A stretch of 64,000 nt of DNA from an uncultured Acidobacteriota bacterium (GCA_963736455.1 CAVTON010000002.1:96257-160256); one strand, 5' to 3'. Positions 8,320 through 22,080 are shown, counted from the stretch's first letter. Translations and numbers: made by a program. Notes: generated by a model from the letters alone, not told the origin.

Positions 8320-9750
8320 TCAGGCCGGTGCGGTCGTCCGAACGGCGTCGATGAATCGCCTCAGCCGCCGCAGCGCCGTTTCCCTGCCGAGAAGCTCGAC
8401 GACGTCGAAGAGCGGCGCGCCGACGGTCGTTCCCGTCAGGGCGAGCCGCGTCGGATGGATGAGCTTCCCCGCGGAGACCTGCGCGGCCTCGGCGGCCCCG
8501 CGCAGCGCCGCCTCCGTCGCGGCGGCGGTCCACTCGGGAATCGCCTCGAGGCTCACCGCCAGCGCCTCGAGCTGCCGCGCGGTCTCGGGTTTGACCTGCT
8601 TCTTCCAGCCGTCCGGATCGTATTCGGCAGGATCGTGCGCATAAGACGACAGCGCGCGGCCCATCTCGATCGTCGTACGGACCCGGGGCCGGTGCAGCTC
8701 GACGGCGCGCCGGGCGACCTCTGGAGTCGGAGCGCCGAGAGGCGCATGCGCGAGGCTGCGGGCGATCAGGTCCTCGGCCGGCATCGCGGCGATGTACTGC
8801 GCGTTCATCCAGAGGAGCTTTTCGGGATCGAACACCGAGGGTGAGGCCCCGACCTTCTCGAGGGAGAACTCCTTCTCCATCTCCGCCCGCGAGAGGATTT
8901 CCCGGTCGCCGCCCGGGGCCCAGCCGAGGAGGGCGAGGAAGTTGAAGAGGGCCTCGGGCAGGATCCCGGCGTCGCGCCACTCCTCGACGGCGGCGGCGCC
9001 GTGCCGCTTGGACAGTTTCTTGCGGTCCGTGCCCAGGATCATGCCGAGGTGCGCGAATTTCGGGATCGGCGCGCCGAGAGCCCGGAAGAGCGCGACGTGC
9101 TTCGGCGTGTTGGCCAGGTGGTCGTCGCCCCGGATGACGTGGGTGATCCGCATGTCGGTGTCGTCCACGCAGACGCAGAAGTGGTACAGCGGATGCCCGT
9201 CCGAGCGCACCAGGACGAAATCGTCGAGAGCGTCGGCCGGAAACTCGACGCGGCCCCGGACGAGATCCTCGACGACGATCGTCTCCTCGGGCATGCGCAG
9301 GCGGACGACGTGGCGCTCGCCCGCCTTCGCGCGGCGCTCGCTCTCCTCGAGCGGGATCGCGCGGCCGGCCCCCGAGTAACGGTACGAGCGCCCGGCGGCC
9401 TCGGCCTTCTTCCTCTCGCCGTCGAGCTCCTCCGGCGTCTCGAAGGCGCGGTAGGCCTTGCCCTCGCTGATCAGCCGCTCGGCCGCCTCGCGATAGAGCT
9501 CGTACCGCTGCGACTGGAGAAGGGGGCCCTCGTCGTATTCGAGACCCAGCCACCGCATCGCGGAGAGAATCTGGGCCGTCAGCTCCTCCCGGGACCGCTC
9601 GACGTCCGTGTCCTCGATCCGCAGGATGAACGTGCCGCCGGTGTGCCGGGCGAAGAGCAGGTTGTAGAGCGCGGTCCGCGCCCCGCCGACATGGAGGGAG
9701 CCGGTCGGCGAGGGAGCGAAGCGGACGCGGGGAGCTTCGGGTGCTTGCAA
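8320..9750 (-). CDS. gltX: Glutamate--tRNA ligase
   Basis: RFAPSPTG, HVGG (HIGH), LRIEDTD, ITHVIRGDDH, KLSKR. Confidence 0.97.
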   Translation of the reverse strand: MQAPEAPRVRFAPSPTGSLHVGGARTALYNLLFARHTGGTFILRIEDTDVERSREELTAQILSAMRWLGLEYDEGPLLQSQRYELYREAAERLISEGKAYRAFETPEELDGERKKAEAAGRSYRYSGAGRAIPLEESERRAKAGERHVVRLRMPEETIVVEDLVRGRVEFPADALDDFVLVRSDGHPLYHFCVCVDDTDMRITHVIRGDDHLANTPKHVALFRALGAPIPKFAHLGMILGTDRKKLSKRHGAAAVEEWRDAGILPEALFNFLALLGWAPGGDREILSRAEMEKEFSLEKVGASPSVFDPEKLLWMNAQYIAAMPAEDLIARSLAHAPLGAPTPEVARRAVELHRPRVRTTIEMGRALSSYAHDPAEYDPDGWKKQVKPETARQLEALAVSLEAIPEWTAAATEAALRGAAEAAQVSAGKLIHPTRLALTGTTVGAPLFDVVELLGRETALRRLRRFIDAVRTTAPA

Positions 9751-9821
9751 GGCGAGCGATCCTAGCTTACTAACGTCCCGGCTTCCATCCTCCGGGACGG
9801 TCCGACGTCGAGGAAGAACGC

Positions 9822-10721
9822 ATGCCGAGCGACACGGAAAAGGAGCCCCTGTCCCGGCGCTGGCGCGCCGACGCCGTGCTTATCGCCGTCACGATCGTGT
9901 GGGGCGCCGACTTCGTGCTGGTCAAGAACCTCCTCGGCGTCGTGCCGCCGCTTCCGTTTCTGTTCTGGCGGTTCGCGGCCGCCACCGCGCTCGTCGCGCT
10001 CGGACTTCCCGGGCGGGCCTCGACGCCGGGGGTCTGGCGCGACGGCCTGCGGGTCGGCGGCCTCCTCGCTCTCGGAATGCTGCTCCAGGTGCTCGGGCAG
10101 GCCGAGACCACCGCGTCGCACGCGTCGTTCCTGACGGGGATGGCCTCGGTGTTCACGCCCGCGGCGGCTTACGCGATGACGCGCCGGCTCCCGACGCTCG
10201 AGAACGGTCTCGGGATCCTGGTCGCGGGCACGGGCTTCGTATTGATGACGCTTCCCACCGAAGGCGCGATGAATCGCGGGGACTTGCTCGTCTTCGGCTG
10301 CGGCGTGACGTTCGCCTTCTACATCGTGGAGATGGCCGAGCGTTCGGCGCGGCACGACCCGGTGTGGTTCACCTTCATCCAGCTCGCCGCGACGACCGCG
10401 GCGGCGGGGTTGATCGCTTTCGTGCAGGGGGGAACGGCGGGCTTGGAAGGAGGGATCCGGCCGATCCTGTCGGATGTCGCCCTCGTCGTTCAGGCCGTCT
10501 TCCTGGTGGTCCTCGGGAGCGCCGGCACGTACGTGTTCCAGACCTGGGCGCAGGGGCACATGTCCGCCACGCACGCGGCCATCATCTACACGCTCGAACC
10601 GGTCGTCACGGCGCTGCTCGCCGCGCGGTTCCTCGAAGAGCGCCTGGGCACGCGGGGTTGGGCGGGAGGAGCGCTCGTCCTCGCGGGGATCGTCGTGTCG
10701 GAGGTGCGCCTGCGGCGCTGA
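9822..10721 (+). CDS. DMT/EamA family transporter
   Basis: About 10 TM segments, IVWG and AAIIYTLEPV motifs. Confidence 0.9.
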   Translation: MPSDTEKEPLSRRWRADAVLIAVTIVWGADFVLVKNLLGVVPPLPFLFWRFAAATALVALGLPGRASTPGVWRDGLRVGGLLALGMLLQVLGQAETTASHASFLTGMASVFTPAAAYAMTRRLPTLENGLGILVAGTGFVLMTLPTEGAMNRGDLLVFGCGVTFAFYIVEMAERSARHDPVWFTFIQLAATTAAAGLIAFVQGGTAGLEGGIRPILSDVALVVQAVFLVVLGSAGTYVFQTWAQGHMSATHAAIIYTLEPVVTALLAARFLEERLGTRGWAGGALVLAGIVVSEVRLRR

Positions 10722-10804
10722 GGATTCGCCGATCCTGAACACTCGAATGATAGCCTGTCGCGGTCAAAGCGCCGTTTACCGGGAGCGCCATTCGAGGAGG
10801 CAAG

Positions 10805-12265
10805 ATGAGATTCCGGAAGACCCTCGCCGCGGTCGCCATGTCCACGCTCGTCGCCCTCGCCTGCAGCAAGCAGGCCGAAGGCCCCGTCGCCGCCGCGACG
10901 CCGGCCCCCGCCGGTCCGACGGCGGAACAGAAGGCGGCCTTCGACACGGCCGTCGACGCCTACGTGTACGGGTATCCGCTGGTCACGATGGAGTACACAC
11001 GCCGCGTCATGACCAACGTCGCGGCGCCGGAAGGAACGCGAGCGCCCATGGGCCAGCTCGTGCGGATGCGCGAGTACCCGAACGCGTCGTTTCATGACGT
11101 GACGGCGCCCAACGCCGACACGCTCTACACGACGGCGTGGATCGACGTCGGCAAGGAGCCGTGGGTCCTGAGGCTTCCGAGCATGAACGGCCGGTACTAC
11201 CTGTTCCCGATGCTCGATGGGTGGACCACGGTCTTCGAGGTGCCAGGCAAGCGGACGACGGGAACCGCCGCGCAGACTTACGCGATCACCGGCCCCGGCT
11301 GGACCGGGACTCTGCCGGCGGGCGTCAAGGAGTACAAGTCGCCGACGGCGATCGTCTGGCTGCTCGGCCGGATCTACTGCATCGGAACGCCCGAGGACTA
11401 TAAGACCGTTCATGCAGTGCAGGACAAGGTCTCGATCGCCCCGCTCTCCGCCTGGGGCAAGCCGTACGAGCCGGCCGCGGGGTCGGTCGACGCGTCGATC
11501 GACATGAAGAAGCCGGTCCGCGACCTGGTCAACGGACTCGACGCGGCGGCGTACTTCCGGACGCTCGCCGAACTGATGAAAGCGAATCCGCCGACGGCCG
11601 ACGATGCGCCCATGGTGGGGAAACTCGCGGCGATCGGCATCGAACCGGGGAAGGATCTCGACTCCGCGAAGCTGTCGGCGGCCGTGGGCGCCCGGCTCTC
11701 GGAGGTGCCGAAGGCAGCGCAGGACAAGATCATGGGCTGGTTCAAGCAAGGCGCGGCCGCCGGAGACTCGGTCGATGCCAACGGCTGGGTCTTCACGACG
11801 AAGACCGGCACCTACGGAACGGACTACGTGCAGCGCGCGCTCGTCGCGGCCATCGGCCTGGGCGCGAACCGCCCGCAGGACGCCGTCTATCCGACTTCCG
11901 AGGTCGACGCCGCGGGCAAGCCGTATGACGGCGCGAACAAGTACGTCATGCACTTCGAGAAGGGTCAGATGCCGCCGGTCGACGGGTTCTGGTCGCTCAC
12001 GATGTACAACGGGGAGTACTTCTTCGTCGACAACCCCCTCAACCGCTACACGCTCTCCTCGCGCAACAAGTTCGTCACGAACCCGGACGGTTCGGTCGAC
12101 CTGTACATTCAGAATGAGAACCCGGGCAAGGGCAGGGAAGCCAACTGGCTGCCGGCGCCGAAGGACAAGTTCATTCTGATGTTACGGCTCTACTGGCCGA
12201 AGGAGAAGCCGCCCTCGCTTCTCGACGGCACCTGGAAGATCCCGCCCGTCAAGTCCGCGGCCTGA
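10805..12265 (+). CDS. DUF1254/DUF1214 family lipoprotein
   Basis: Lipobox VALAC, YVYGYPL, PNADTLY, FWSLTMY, NWLPAP, LRLYWP. Confidence 0.92.
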   Translation: MRFRKTLAAVAMSTLVALACSKQAEGPVAAATPAPAGPTAEQKAAFDTAVDAYVYGYPLVTMEYTRRVMTNVAAPEGTRAPMGQLVRMREYPNASFHDVTAPNADTLYTTAWIDVGKEPWVLRLPSMNGRYYLFPMLDGWTTVFEVPGKRTTGTAAQTYAITGPGWTGTLPAGVKEYKSPTAIVWLLGRIYCIGTPEDYKTVHAVQDKVSIAPLSAWGKPYEPAAGSVDASIDMKKPVRDLVNGLDAAAYFRTLAELMKANPPTADDAPMVGKLAAIGIEPGKDLDSAKLSAAVGARLSEVPKAAQDKIMGWFKQGAAAGDSVDANGWVFTTKTGTYGTDYVQRALVAAIGLGANRPQDAVYPTSEVDAAGKPYDGANKYVMHFEKGQMPPVDGFWSLTMYNGEYFFVDNPLNRYTLSSRNKFVTNPDGSVDLYIQNENPGKGREANWLPAPKDKFILMLRLYWPKEKPPSLLDGTWKIPPVKSAA

Positions 12266-12288
12266 GTCGTCCAGCCAGGAAATTCATC

Positions 12289-12319
12289 GGCCCTCTCCCC
12301 CGGGGAGAGGGCCTTTCTC
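12289..12319 (+). terminator. Palindromic hairpin between convergent genes (likely terminator)
   Basis: GGCCCTCTCCCC-C-GGGGAGAGGGCC followed by TTTCTC. Confidence 0.6.
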
Positions 12320-12336
12320 TCTCGCGCCCGCCGGAC

Positions 12337-13626
12337 CTAGTCCATCGGAAACGTCAGCGAGTACGAGAAGCGCCCACGGCCGATTTCCATCAGCAGGCTG
12401 CTCTTGTTGAAGTCGCGCTGCAGCACGTGGTCGACGTCCTCGGCGCCGCGGACGGCGACGCCGTTGATCGTGAGCAGCTGGTCGCCCGGCTTCAGGCCCG
12501 CCTGGTCGGCGAGGCTGTCGCGTTGCACGCCCGTGATGCGGTAGCCGTCGGAGGAACGGTGGAGCGTCAGGCCGATGTCGTCGTGAAGGATCTGAACGCC
12601 AATGCCCGAGGGAGGCGCCTCGCCCTGCACCGTGACCGTCCGCTCCGCCTGCTTGGTGCGAAGGACCAGCTTGACGGGGACGCCGGGGCCGCGGGTCGAC
12701 AGGACGGTCTCGAAGGCCTCCTGCGAGTCGATCGGCGTGCCGTCGGCCGAGACGATCTGGTCTCCCGCTCGGATCCCCGCGCGAGACGCGGGCGAGCCGG
12801 GGTAGACGGTCCGCACGCGGAAGCCGCGCGGCCGGTTCTCCTCGCCGGTGACGAGCGTCTTGCCGCGCACTCCGATCCAGACCGCTCGCACCTCGCCGAA
12901 CCTCAGGATGTCGTCCACGATCCGGCGCGCCCGGTCGGCCGGGATCGCGAAGCCGATGCCCTGCGCGCCGCCGATGATCGCGGTGTTGACGCCGACCATC
13001 TCCCCGTCCACGTTGACGAGCGGACCGCCGGAGTTCCCCGGGTTGATCGAGGCGTCGGTCTGGATGAAGTCCGTGTAGGTCTGGCCGTTCTCGCCGCGGA
13101 CGCTGCGGCCCTTGGCCGAGACGACGCCGGCGGTGACCGTGTTCGAGAGGCCGAATGGATTCCCGATCGCCACGACCGTCTCGCCGATCATCAGGTCCGA
13201 CGACGAGCCGAGCTTCAGCGCGGGCAAGGTCCCGCTCGGCTTGCGGACCCGCAGGACCGCCAGATCGTTGTCCGCATCCGAACCGACGACGTCGCACTCG
13301 AGCTCGAGCCCCGACTTCGTCATCGCCGTGATCTTGGAGGCGCCGGAGACGACGTGATCGTTCGTCACGATGATGCCCTTCGGGTCGATGATGGAGCCCG
13401 AGCCGAGCGACTGGCTGGTCCGCTGCCGCGGGCGCCCCTCGAAGCCGAAGAAGAAGTCGTCGAAGATCGAAGGCCGCTGGCGCAGGGTCTGCTCGGCGGA
13501 GATGTTCACGACGGCCGGGGCGACCTTTTCGACGACGAGCACGACCTCGCTGCGGCGGTTGGACAGCGGGGCGGCCGCGGCCGAAGCGGAGAGCACAATC
13601 GCGGGAATCATCCAACGAGCCTTCAC
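12337..13626 (-). CDS. HtrA/DegP-like periplasmic serine protease with two PDZ domains (start approximate)
   Basis: LGSGSII, VTNDHVV, IQTDASINPGNSGGPL, signal peptide. Confidence 0.92.
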   Translation of the reverse strand: MKARWMIPAIVLSASAAAAPLSNRRSEVVLVVEKVAPAVVNISAEQTLRQRPSIFDDFFFGFEGRPRQRTSQSLGSGSIIDPKGIIVTNDHVVSGASKITAMTKSGLELECDVVGSDADNDLAVLRVRKPSGTLPALKLGSSSDLMIGETVVAIGNPFGLSNTVTAGVVSAKGRSVRGENGQTYTDFIQTDASINPGNSGGPLVNVDGEMVGVNTAIIGGAQGIGFAIPADRARRIVDDILRFGEVRAVWIGVRGKTLVTGEENRPRGFRVRTVYPGSPASRAGIRAGDQIVSADGTPIDSQEAFETVLSTRGPGVPVKLVLRTKQAERTVTVQGEAPPSGIGVQILHDDIGLTLHRSSDGYRITGVQRDSLADQAGLKPGDQLLTINGVAVRGAEDVDHVLQRDFNKSSLLMEIGRGRFSYSLTFPMD

Positions 13627-13671
13627 GATCGGGAGAACCATATCCCGCTCTCTCGCCATTCCGCCGCAACG

Positions 13672-13711
13672 AAAAAAAAGGGGAGAGGAGCCGCAGCGGC
13701 TTCCCCTCCCT
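13672..13711 (-). terminator. Rho-independent terminator after hsp20
   Basis: Minus-strand GC hairpin followed by T8. Confidence 0.8.
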
Positions 13712-13751
13712 CGCCGGTCGGGCCGCGCAGCGGCCCTCGCGGAATCCGGGA

Positions 13752-14240
13752 CTAGCGGGACTTCACGTCGATCGTGTCGGACTTCTTCTCGTCCGCGGCC
13801 GAGATCTTGATCGTGCGGGGCTTGGCGTCCTCTCGTTTCGGGAGCTCGACGCGAAGCAGGCCGTTGGAGAAATCGGCCTTGATCTTCTCCCGGTCCACGT
13901 TGTTCGGGAGACTGAAGCTCCGGACGAACTGGCCGTAAGAGCGCTCCACGCGGTGGTAGCTCTTGCCGTCGTGCTCCTTCTCGAACTTGCGCTCGCCGCG
14001 CAGGGTCAGCATGCCGTTCTCGCTCTGGATCTCGATCTGGTTCTCCTGGAATCCCGGCAGCTCCGCCGTGATCACGATCCGATCTTTTTCCTCGGCGATG
14101 TCCACCGGCGGCGCCCAGGCGGCGAGGTTCATCTCGTCCTCGCGCTCCGAGCGGCCTCCGAAGCCCGAGCCGAACGCCCGGTTCAGGCGGTCCTGCAGGG
14201 TGGCGATTTCTCGATAGGGTTCCCAACGCATCAGATTCAT
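13752..14240 (-). CDS. Small heat-shock protein Hsp20/alpha-crystallin
   Basis: PPVDIAE, AELPG, RVERSYGQFVRSFSLP, NGLLRVELPK. GGAGG RBS. Confidence 0.95.
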   Translation of the reverse strand: MNLMRWEPYREIATLQDRLNRAFGSGFGGRSEREDEMNLAAWAPPVDIAEEKDRIVITAELPGFQENQIEIQSENGMLTLRGERKFEKEHDGKSYHRVERSYGQFVRSFSLPNNVDREKIKADFSNGLLRVELPKREDAKPRTIKISAADEKKSDTIDVKSR

Positions 14241-14268
14241 GGTTCTTACCTCCAAAAAGTGAAATGGG

Positions 14269-16872
<2,604 letters not shown>

Positions 16873-16938
16873 TGGCTTCCTTCCTGTCGCACCGACGTTC
16901 TGTTCTTGCGAGCGGCGATGTCGTCGACCGGAGTCCGA

Positions 16939-16968
16939 AGCTTAGTATATGAGTGTATTACTGTCAAG
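16939..16968 (-). promoter_or_regulatory. sigma70-type promoter of clpB overlapped by a HAIR-like (HspR) operator
   Basis: Minus strand TTGACA-17 nt-TAAGCT. Plus strand TATGAGT-N7-TGTCAAG, compared with the HAIR consensus CTTGAGT-N7-ACTCAAG. Confidence 0.65.
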
Positions 16969-17011
16969 TTAGCTAGCCAGAAATATTAGTGTTTTTGGCT
17001 CAAATATTTAC

Positions 17012-17740
17012 CTACTTCCGGTTGCGGGCGGGGTCGATGAGGCCCGCCTCGCGGAAGCCCTTTTCCCGCAGCAGGCAGGCATCACAGGCGCCGCAAGGCT
17101 CTCCGGCCGGTCCGGGGCCATAGCAAGACACGGTCGAAGCAAAATCGAGTCCAAGGCCCGCCGCCCGCGCCACGATCTCCGCCTTCGTCGATCGCAGCAA
17201 CGGCGCATGGATTCGAAAGGGTGTCTTGCCTTCGACACCGGCTCGGGTGCCGAGGTTCGCCACTCGCTCGAAGGCCTCGAGGAACTCGGGGCGGCAGTCG
17301 GGATAGCCCGAGTAGTCGAGTGCATTGGCGCCGATGAAGATCGCCCGCGCGCCCAGCACCTCCGCCCACGCCAGCGCGTGGGAAAGAAAGAGCGTGTTCC
17401 GCGCGGGCACATAGGTCGCGGGGATCGGCTCGGCGCCGAGTGAGTTCCGGGGAACGGGGATCTCCGGATCGGTCAGCGCCGAGGCTCCCTTGTCGGGATA
17501 GTCGAGGCGGACGACGCGGTGCTCACGGACCCCGCAGCGCGATGCGATCGCTCGCGCCGCGTCGAGCTCGACGGCGTGGCGCTGCCCGTAGTCGAACGAG
17601 AGGGCGTAGGGCGCGAAGCCCTGCTCGCGGGCGATCAGCAGACACGTCGACGAGTCGAGGCCGCCGGAGAGCAGGACGACGGCTCTTCGCGCGTCGTCGT
17701 CGTCGCCACGGGCCCGGGGATCCGCCGGCGGATCCGTCAT
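17012..17740 (-). CDS. queC: 7-cyano-7-deazaguanine synthase
   Basis: [38 protein letters not shown]...CGACDAC. Confidence 0.96.
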   Translation of the reverse strand: MTDPPADPRARGDDDDARRAVVLLSGGLDSSTCLLIAREQGFAPYALSFDYGQRHAVELDAARAIASRCGVREHRVVRLDYPDKGASALTDPEIPVPRNSLGAEPIPATYVPARNTLFLSHALAWAEVLGARAIFIGANALDYSGYPDCRPEFLEAFERVANLGTRAGVEGKTPFRIHAPLLRSTKAEIVARAAGLGLDFASTVSCYGPGPAGEPCGACDACLLREKGFREAGLIDPARNRK

Positions 17741-18384
17741 CGGCCCGGAACGTCGCCCCAGAGAATCTTGTGGAGCTGCAGTCCCAGCCGGATCGGCCGG
17801 GCAGAGTCTCGAACCCACTCGGCGAGCTCGCCGGCGGGGAGCGAGCCCCACGCGGGCGAAAACGTCACGACGCGCCCGGCATCGAGCCCCCGCTCGCGCA
17901 CCAGGGCGAGCGACCAGTCGAAGTCGCGGCGGTCGGCGATGACGAACTTCAGCTCGTCGTGGGGCTGAAGGAGGTCGAGATTCTCGAGCCGGTTGGCCGG
18001 CTGCATGCCGCTGCCCGGCGCCTTGACGTCCACGATCTTCACGGCGCGAGGGTCGACCCGATCGAGCGGAACATGGCCTCCCGTCTCGACCAGGACCGTC
18101 TTTCCGGCGTCGAGCAGGCGCTCAATCAGGGGATAGACGGCCTCCTGCTCGAGCGGCTCGCCCCCGGTGATCTCGACCAGATCGGTCTTCAGCGCGAGAA
18201 CGCGCGCGACCGCCTCGTCCAGAACGAGATCGTCGCCCCCTTGAAACGCGTAAGCGGTGTCGCACCAGACGCAGCGCAGGCTGCATCCGGTCAGGCGGAT
18301 GAACGCGCAGGGAAAGCCCGCCCGCATCGACTCTCCCTGGATCGACCGAAAGATCTCGGTGACGCGCAGGACGGGCTCCGTCAT
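17737..18384 (-). CDS. queE: 7-carboxy-7-deazaguanine synthase (radical SAM)
   Basis: [33 protein letters not shown]. Confidence 0.95.
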   Translation of the reverse strand: MTEPVLRVTEIFRSIQGESMRAGFPCAFIRLTGCSLRCVWCDTAYAFQGGDDLVLDEAVARVLALKTDLVEITGGEPLEQEAVYPLIERLLDAGKTVLVETGGHVPLDRVDPRAVKIVDVKAPGSGMQPANRLENLDLLQPHDELKFVIADRRDFDWSLALVRERGLDAGRVVTFSPAWGSLPAGELAEWVRDSARPIRLGLQLHKILWGDVPGR

Positions 18385-18740
18385 GCGACGACGCGGATCG
18401 TTCCGTGGAGCATGTTCATGCCGCAGGAGAACGGGAATTCGCCGGCGGTCTCCGGGACGACCGTGATCGCGGTCTTCTGGCCGGAGGGCAGCCGCCTTCG
18501 AATCCGAAAGTCGGGCAGGACGATCTCGTCCGTGCAGGGTCCCTCGTCGCGCCGATCGAAGACGAGCGTGAGGGGAGCGCCCCGGCGGGTCACGATCAGG
18601 TCGGGAGAGTAGCCTCCGTCCACGACGATCGTGATCCTCGACTCCGCGGCCACGGCCCGACGCGGGCCGAAGAAGAACCAGCCCAGGAACGCGAGGAGCG
18701 CGATCCCGGCGGCGATCGCGGCGATCCGATCGGGGGTCAT
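18381..18740 (-). CDS. Membrane-anchored cupredoxin-domain protein (CupA-like)
   Basis: N-terminal TM segment, VDGGYSP, C-terminal [10 protein letters not shown]. Confidence 0.9.
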   Translation of the reverse strand: MTPDRIAAIAAGIALLAFLGWFFFGPRRAVAAESRITIVVDGGYSPDLIVTRRGAPLTLVFDRRDEGPCTDEIVLPDFRIRRRLPSGQKTAITVVPETAGEFPFSCGMNMLHGTIRVVA

Positions 18741-21175
18741 CGAAGGGCTTTCTTCGCCAGGCGCAGGCTGTTGCCGACGACGGAAACGGACGAGGCGGCC
18801 ATCGCCGCGGAGGCGATCATCGGCGACAGCATCCATCCCGTGAGGGGATACAGCGCGCCGGCGGCGATCGGGATGCCGAGAGCGTTGTAGAGAAACGCGA
18901 AGGCGAGGTTCTGCCGGATCGTCGAGAGGGTCGCCCGCGACAGCGCGATCGCCTCCGGCACCGCCTCGAGGTCTCCGCCGACGAGCGTGAGGTCGGAGGC
19001 TTCGATCGCGATGTCGGCGCCGGCGCCAATGGCGATCCCGAGGTCGGCCCGCGCCAGAGCCGGCGCGTCGTTGACGCCGTCGCCCACCATCGCGACGATC
19101 TCGCCGCGCGCCTGGAGCTCTTCGACCCGGCTCGCCTTCTCCGGTGCGAGCACCTCGGCGAACACCTCCTCGATGCCGACCCGGCGGGCGACGGCTCTCG
19201 CCGTGTCCTCCCGGTCGCCCGTCAGCATGACGGTCTTCAGGCCCATCGCGCGGAGACGGCGGACCGCTTCCCGCGACGACGGCTTGTCCGGATCGGCCAC
19301 GGCGAGGACGCCGAGCAGCCGTCCGTCCGCGCCGACGAGCAGGGGAGTCTTGCCCTCGGCCGCGAACCGATCGAGGTCCTCGCGCACGGCGGAGATGCCG
19401 ATGCCTTCGTCGCCGAAGAGGCGCGCGTTGCCGACCACGACGCGCCGGCCGCCGACGGTCCCGGTCACGCCGAAGCCCGTGCGCGACGCGAATCGTTCGA
19501 CCGGCGGAAGCGCGATCCCTTTCTCCCGTGCGGCGGTCACGACGGCGCGCGCGAGCGGGTGGCCGGAGCTCTCCTCGAGAGCGGCCGCGAGGCCGAGGAG
19601 CTCGGAGTCCGGAACGCCCGCGACGTGAACCCGGTCGGCCAGACGGGGCTTGCCCTCCGTCAGCGTGCCGGTCTTGTCGAGGAGGACGAGGGTCACCCGC
19701 CGCGACTGCTCGATGGCTTCGGCGTTGCGGAAGAGGATCCCCGAGCGCGCGCCGCGGCTCGTGCCGACGAGGATGGCGGTCGGCGTCGCGAGGCCGAGCG
19801 CGCACGGGCACGCGATGACGAGGACCGATGCGAGCGCCACCGTCGCGTACAGCGCCCGGGGCTCCGGGCCGGCCACGTACCAGAGGACCCATGCGACGAT
19901 GCCGATCCCGAGCACGACCGGCACGAAGATCCCGGAGATCCGGTCCGCGAGCCTCTGGATCGGAGGCTTCGAGGCCTGGGCCTCTTCGACCAGGCGCGCG
20001 ATCTGAGCGAGCGCGGTCCGCTCGCCGACGGCGGTCGCTTCCATTTCGAACGCGCCCTCGCCGTTCAGGGTGCCGCCGATGACCCGGTCTCCTTCGCTCT
20101 TCTCGACCGGCAGCGATTCGCCCGTCACCATGGATTCGTCGAGCGCGGAGCGTCCCGCCCGGACGATGCCGTCCACGGGCACGGCGTCCCCGGGCTTGAC
20201 CCGCAGCCGGTCGCCGACCCGCACCTCGGCCAGGGCCACCTCGGATTCGGCGCCGTCCCGAAGCCGGCGAGCCTTCCGCGGAGCCAGGTCGAGCAGCTGG
20301 CGCACGGCGGCCGACGCGCGGCCCCGCGCCCGGGTTTCGAAGTAGCGGCCGAGGAGCACGAGCGTCAGAATCACGCCGACCGCCTCGTAGTAGATCGGAC
20401 CCATCGGACCCCGTCCCGCGGGAGCCATCGTTTCCGGGAAGAAGGTGGCGGCGATGGAGAGGCCGAGCGCCGCCGTCGTGCCGAGCGCGATGAGCGTGTC
20501 CATGTTCGCGGTTCGATTCCGGAGGGTCCGGGCGGCGCCGGAGAGAAACGGCGCTCCCGCCCACAGATAGACGGGAAGCGTGAGCCCGAGCAGCGCGAGG
20601 TTGCGCGCCGGGAACGCCAGGTGGGCCATCGAGATGACGACGGCCGGAGCCGTCAGCACGGCCGCGACGACGGTCCGCGTGAGAAGGCCGCGCGTCTCCC
20701 GGCGCGCGCGCCGGCTCTCCTCTTCGGGTTCGACCTGCCGGGACAGCCGGGCATCGTAGCCGCTCTCGCGGACCGCGGCGACGAGTCTCCCGGCGTCGAG
20801 CCCGGCGCCGCTCACGTGGGCGCGCGCCGTTCCGAGGTTGACCGAGGCCCGGGAGACTCCCGGCACGGCCTCGAGCGCTCTCTCGATCGTCGTGACGCAG
20901 GACGCGCAGTGCATGCCCTCGAGAGACAGCGACAGGCTTTCCCCGGAAATGGGGGCCGGAGCCTCGCTCCCCAGGACCGGGAGGGACGGTGGAGGCGGGG
21001 AGGCCGTTTCGGGGCGGAGAAATCGGTCCGGGCTCGCATCGAACGCTCTCGCGCATCCTTCCGCGCAGAAGAGAATGCGGCGGCCGCCGACCACGCGCCG
21101 CGCGGCGGCGTGCTCCGGCTCGACCGTCATGCCGCAGACGGGATCGCGCGACTCGAGGGTTCCCGGGAGCGTCAC
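18737..21175 (-). CDS. copA: Cu(I)-translocating P1B-type ATPase with N-terminal YHS and HMA domains
   Basis: DPVCGM...[38 protein letters not shown]...MAASS. Confidence 0.94.
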   Translation of the reverse strand: MTLPGTLESRDPVCGMTVEPEHAAARRVVGGRRILFCAEGCARAFDASPDRFLRPETASPPPPSLPVLGSEAPAPISGESLSLSLEGMHCASCVTTIERALEAVPGVSRASVNLGTARAHVSGAGLDAGRLVAAVRESGYDARLSRQVEPEEESRRARRETRGLLTRTVVAAVLTAPAVVISMAHLAFPARNLALLGLTLPVYLWAGAPFLSGAARTLRNRTANMDTLIALGTTAALGLSIAATFFPETMAPAGRGPMGPIYYEAVGVILTLVLLGRYFETRARGRASAAVRQLLDLAPRKARRLRDGAESEVALAEVRVGDRLRVKPGDAVPVDGIVRAGRSALDESMVTGESLPVEKSEGDRVIGGTLNGEGAFEMEATAVGERTALAQIARLVEEAQASKPPIQRLADRISGIFVPVVLGIGIVAWVLWYVAGPEPRALYATVALASVLVIACPCALGLATPTAILVGTSRGARSGILFRNAEAIEQSRRVTLVLLDKTGTLTEGKPRLADRVHVAGVPDSELLGLAAALEESSGHPLARAVVTAAREKGIALPPVERFASRTGFGVTGTVGGRRVVVGNARLFGDEGIGISAVREDLDRFAAEGKTPLLVGADGRLLGVLAVADPDKPSSREAVRRLRAMGLKTVMLTGDREDTARAVARRVGIEEVFAEVLAPEKASRVEELQARGEIVAMVGDGVNDAPALARADLGIAIGAGADIAIEASDLTLVGGDLEAVPEAIALSRATLSTIRQNLAFAFLYNALGIPIAAGALYPLTGWMLSPMIASAAMAASSVSVVGNSLRLAKKALR

Positions 21176-21303
21176 GGTCGAGCCTCCGCGGCCTCGATCC
21201 CGCGATCGACGGCGTAGACTCCCACGTCGATGCGCATCGGGATGCCGAGTCTATCCGGTTCGCCGCCGGCGCCGGGCGGCCGCCGTCCCCGGCGAGGCCG
21301 CCC

Positions 21304-22071
21304 TTGAGCACGCCCGTTCGCTATCGCGCCGTGGTTTCCTACGTGGGAACGGAGTTCCACGGCTGGCAGGTCCAGAAGAACTCGCCGCGAACCGTGCAGG
21401 CGGCGCTGCAGACCGCGCTCGCCGCTCTCGCCCGGGAGGCCGTGCGCGTCGAGGGCGCGAGCCGCACGGACGCGGGCGTCCATGCCGACGGGCAGGTCGT
21501 TCATTTCGAGCTGCCGCGGCGGCGCGATCCGCGGGTGGTTCGCGACGCCGTGAACCACCGGCTTCCCGCCGACGTCCGGATCCTCGAGGTCGGCGAAGCG
21601 GCTCCCGGATTCCATGCGCGCTTCGACGCTTCGTGGAAGGAGTATCGGTATCGCTGGAGCCGCGCGGCCGTCGTGGCGCCCCGGGACGCGCCGTTCGTCG
21701 CCCCGATCTCGCCGAGGGCGGACGCCTCGCGGATGCGGCGCGCCGCCAGCGCCATGACCGGTCAGCGCGATTTTCGGATCTTCGCCGTCGAGACCGCGGC
21801 GTCCGAGCCGACCGTCCGGACGCTCCACTCGATCACGATCGAGGAGGAAGGCCCCGAGCTGACGGCCCTCTTTCGCGGCGACGGGTTCCTGCGCGGGATG
21901 GTGCGGTCGATCAGCGGCGTGCTCGCCGACGTCGCCCGCGGCCGCGTCCCGGCCGACCGCGCCGACCTCCTTCTCTCGACCGGCGATCGCCGCCTCCTCT
22001 CGCCGAAGGCCCCCGCCCGAGGCCTGACGCTCGAACGGGTCTTCTACGGAGCCCCTCCGGGGGCGCGTTAA
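21304..22071 (+). CDS. truA: tRNA pseudouridine(38-40) synthase (TTG start inferred)
   Basis: YVGTEFHGWQ, ASRTDAGVHA, FHARF, FLRGMVR. Confidence 0.93.
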   Translation: MSTPVRYRAVVSYVGTEFHGWQVQKNSPRTVQAALQTALAALAREAVRVEGASRTDAGVHADGQVVHFELPRRRDPRVVRDAVNHRLPADVRILEVGEAAPGFHARFDASWKEYRYRWSRAAVVAPRDAPFVAPISPRADASRMRRAASAMTGQRDFRIFAVETAASEPTVRTLHSITIEEEGPELTALFRGDGFLRGMVRSISGVLADVARGRVPADRADLLLSTGDRRLLSPKAPARGLTLERVFYGAPPGAR

Positions 22072-22080
22072 AATCCCCCT

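Noticed and set aside
17012-18384. queC/queE as a 7-deazaguanine DNA-modification or QatABCD defence locus
   Set aside because: Both proteins look canonical; there are no dpdA, qat or nuclease neighbours.
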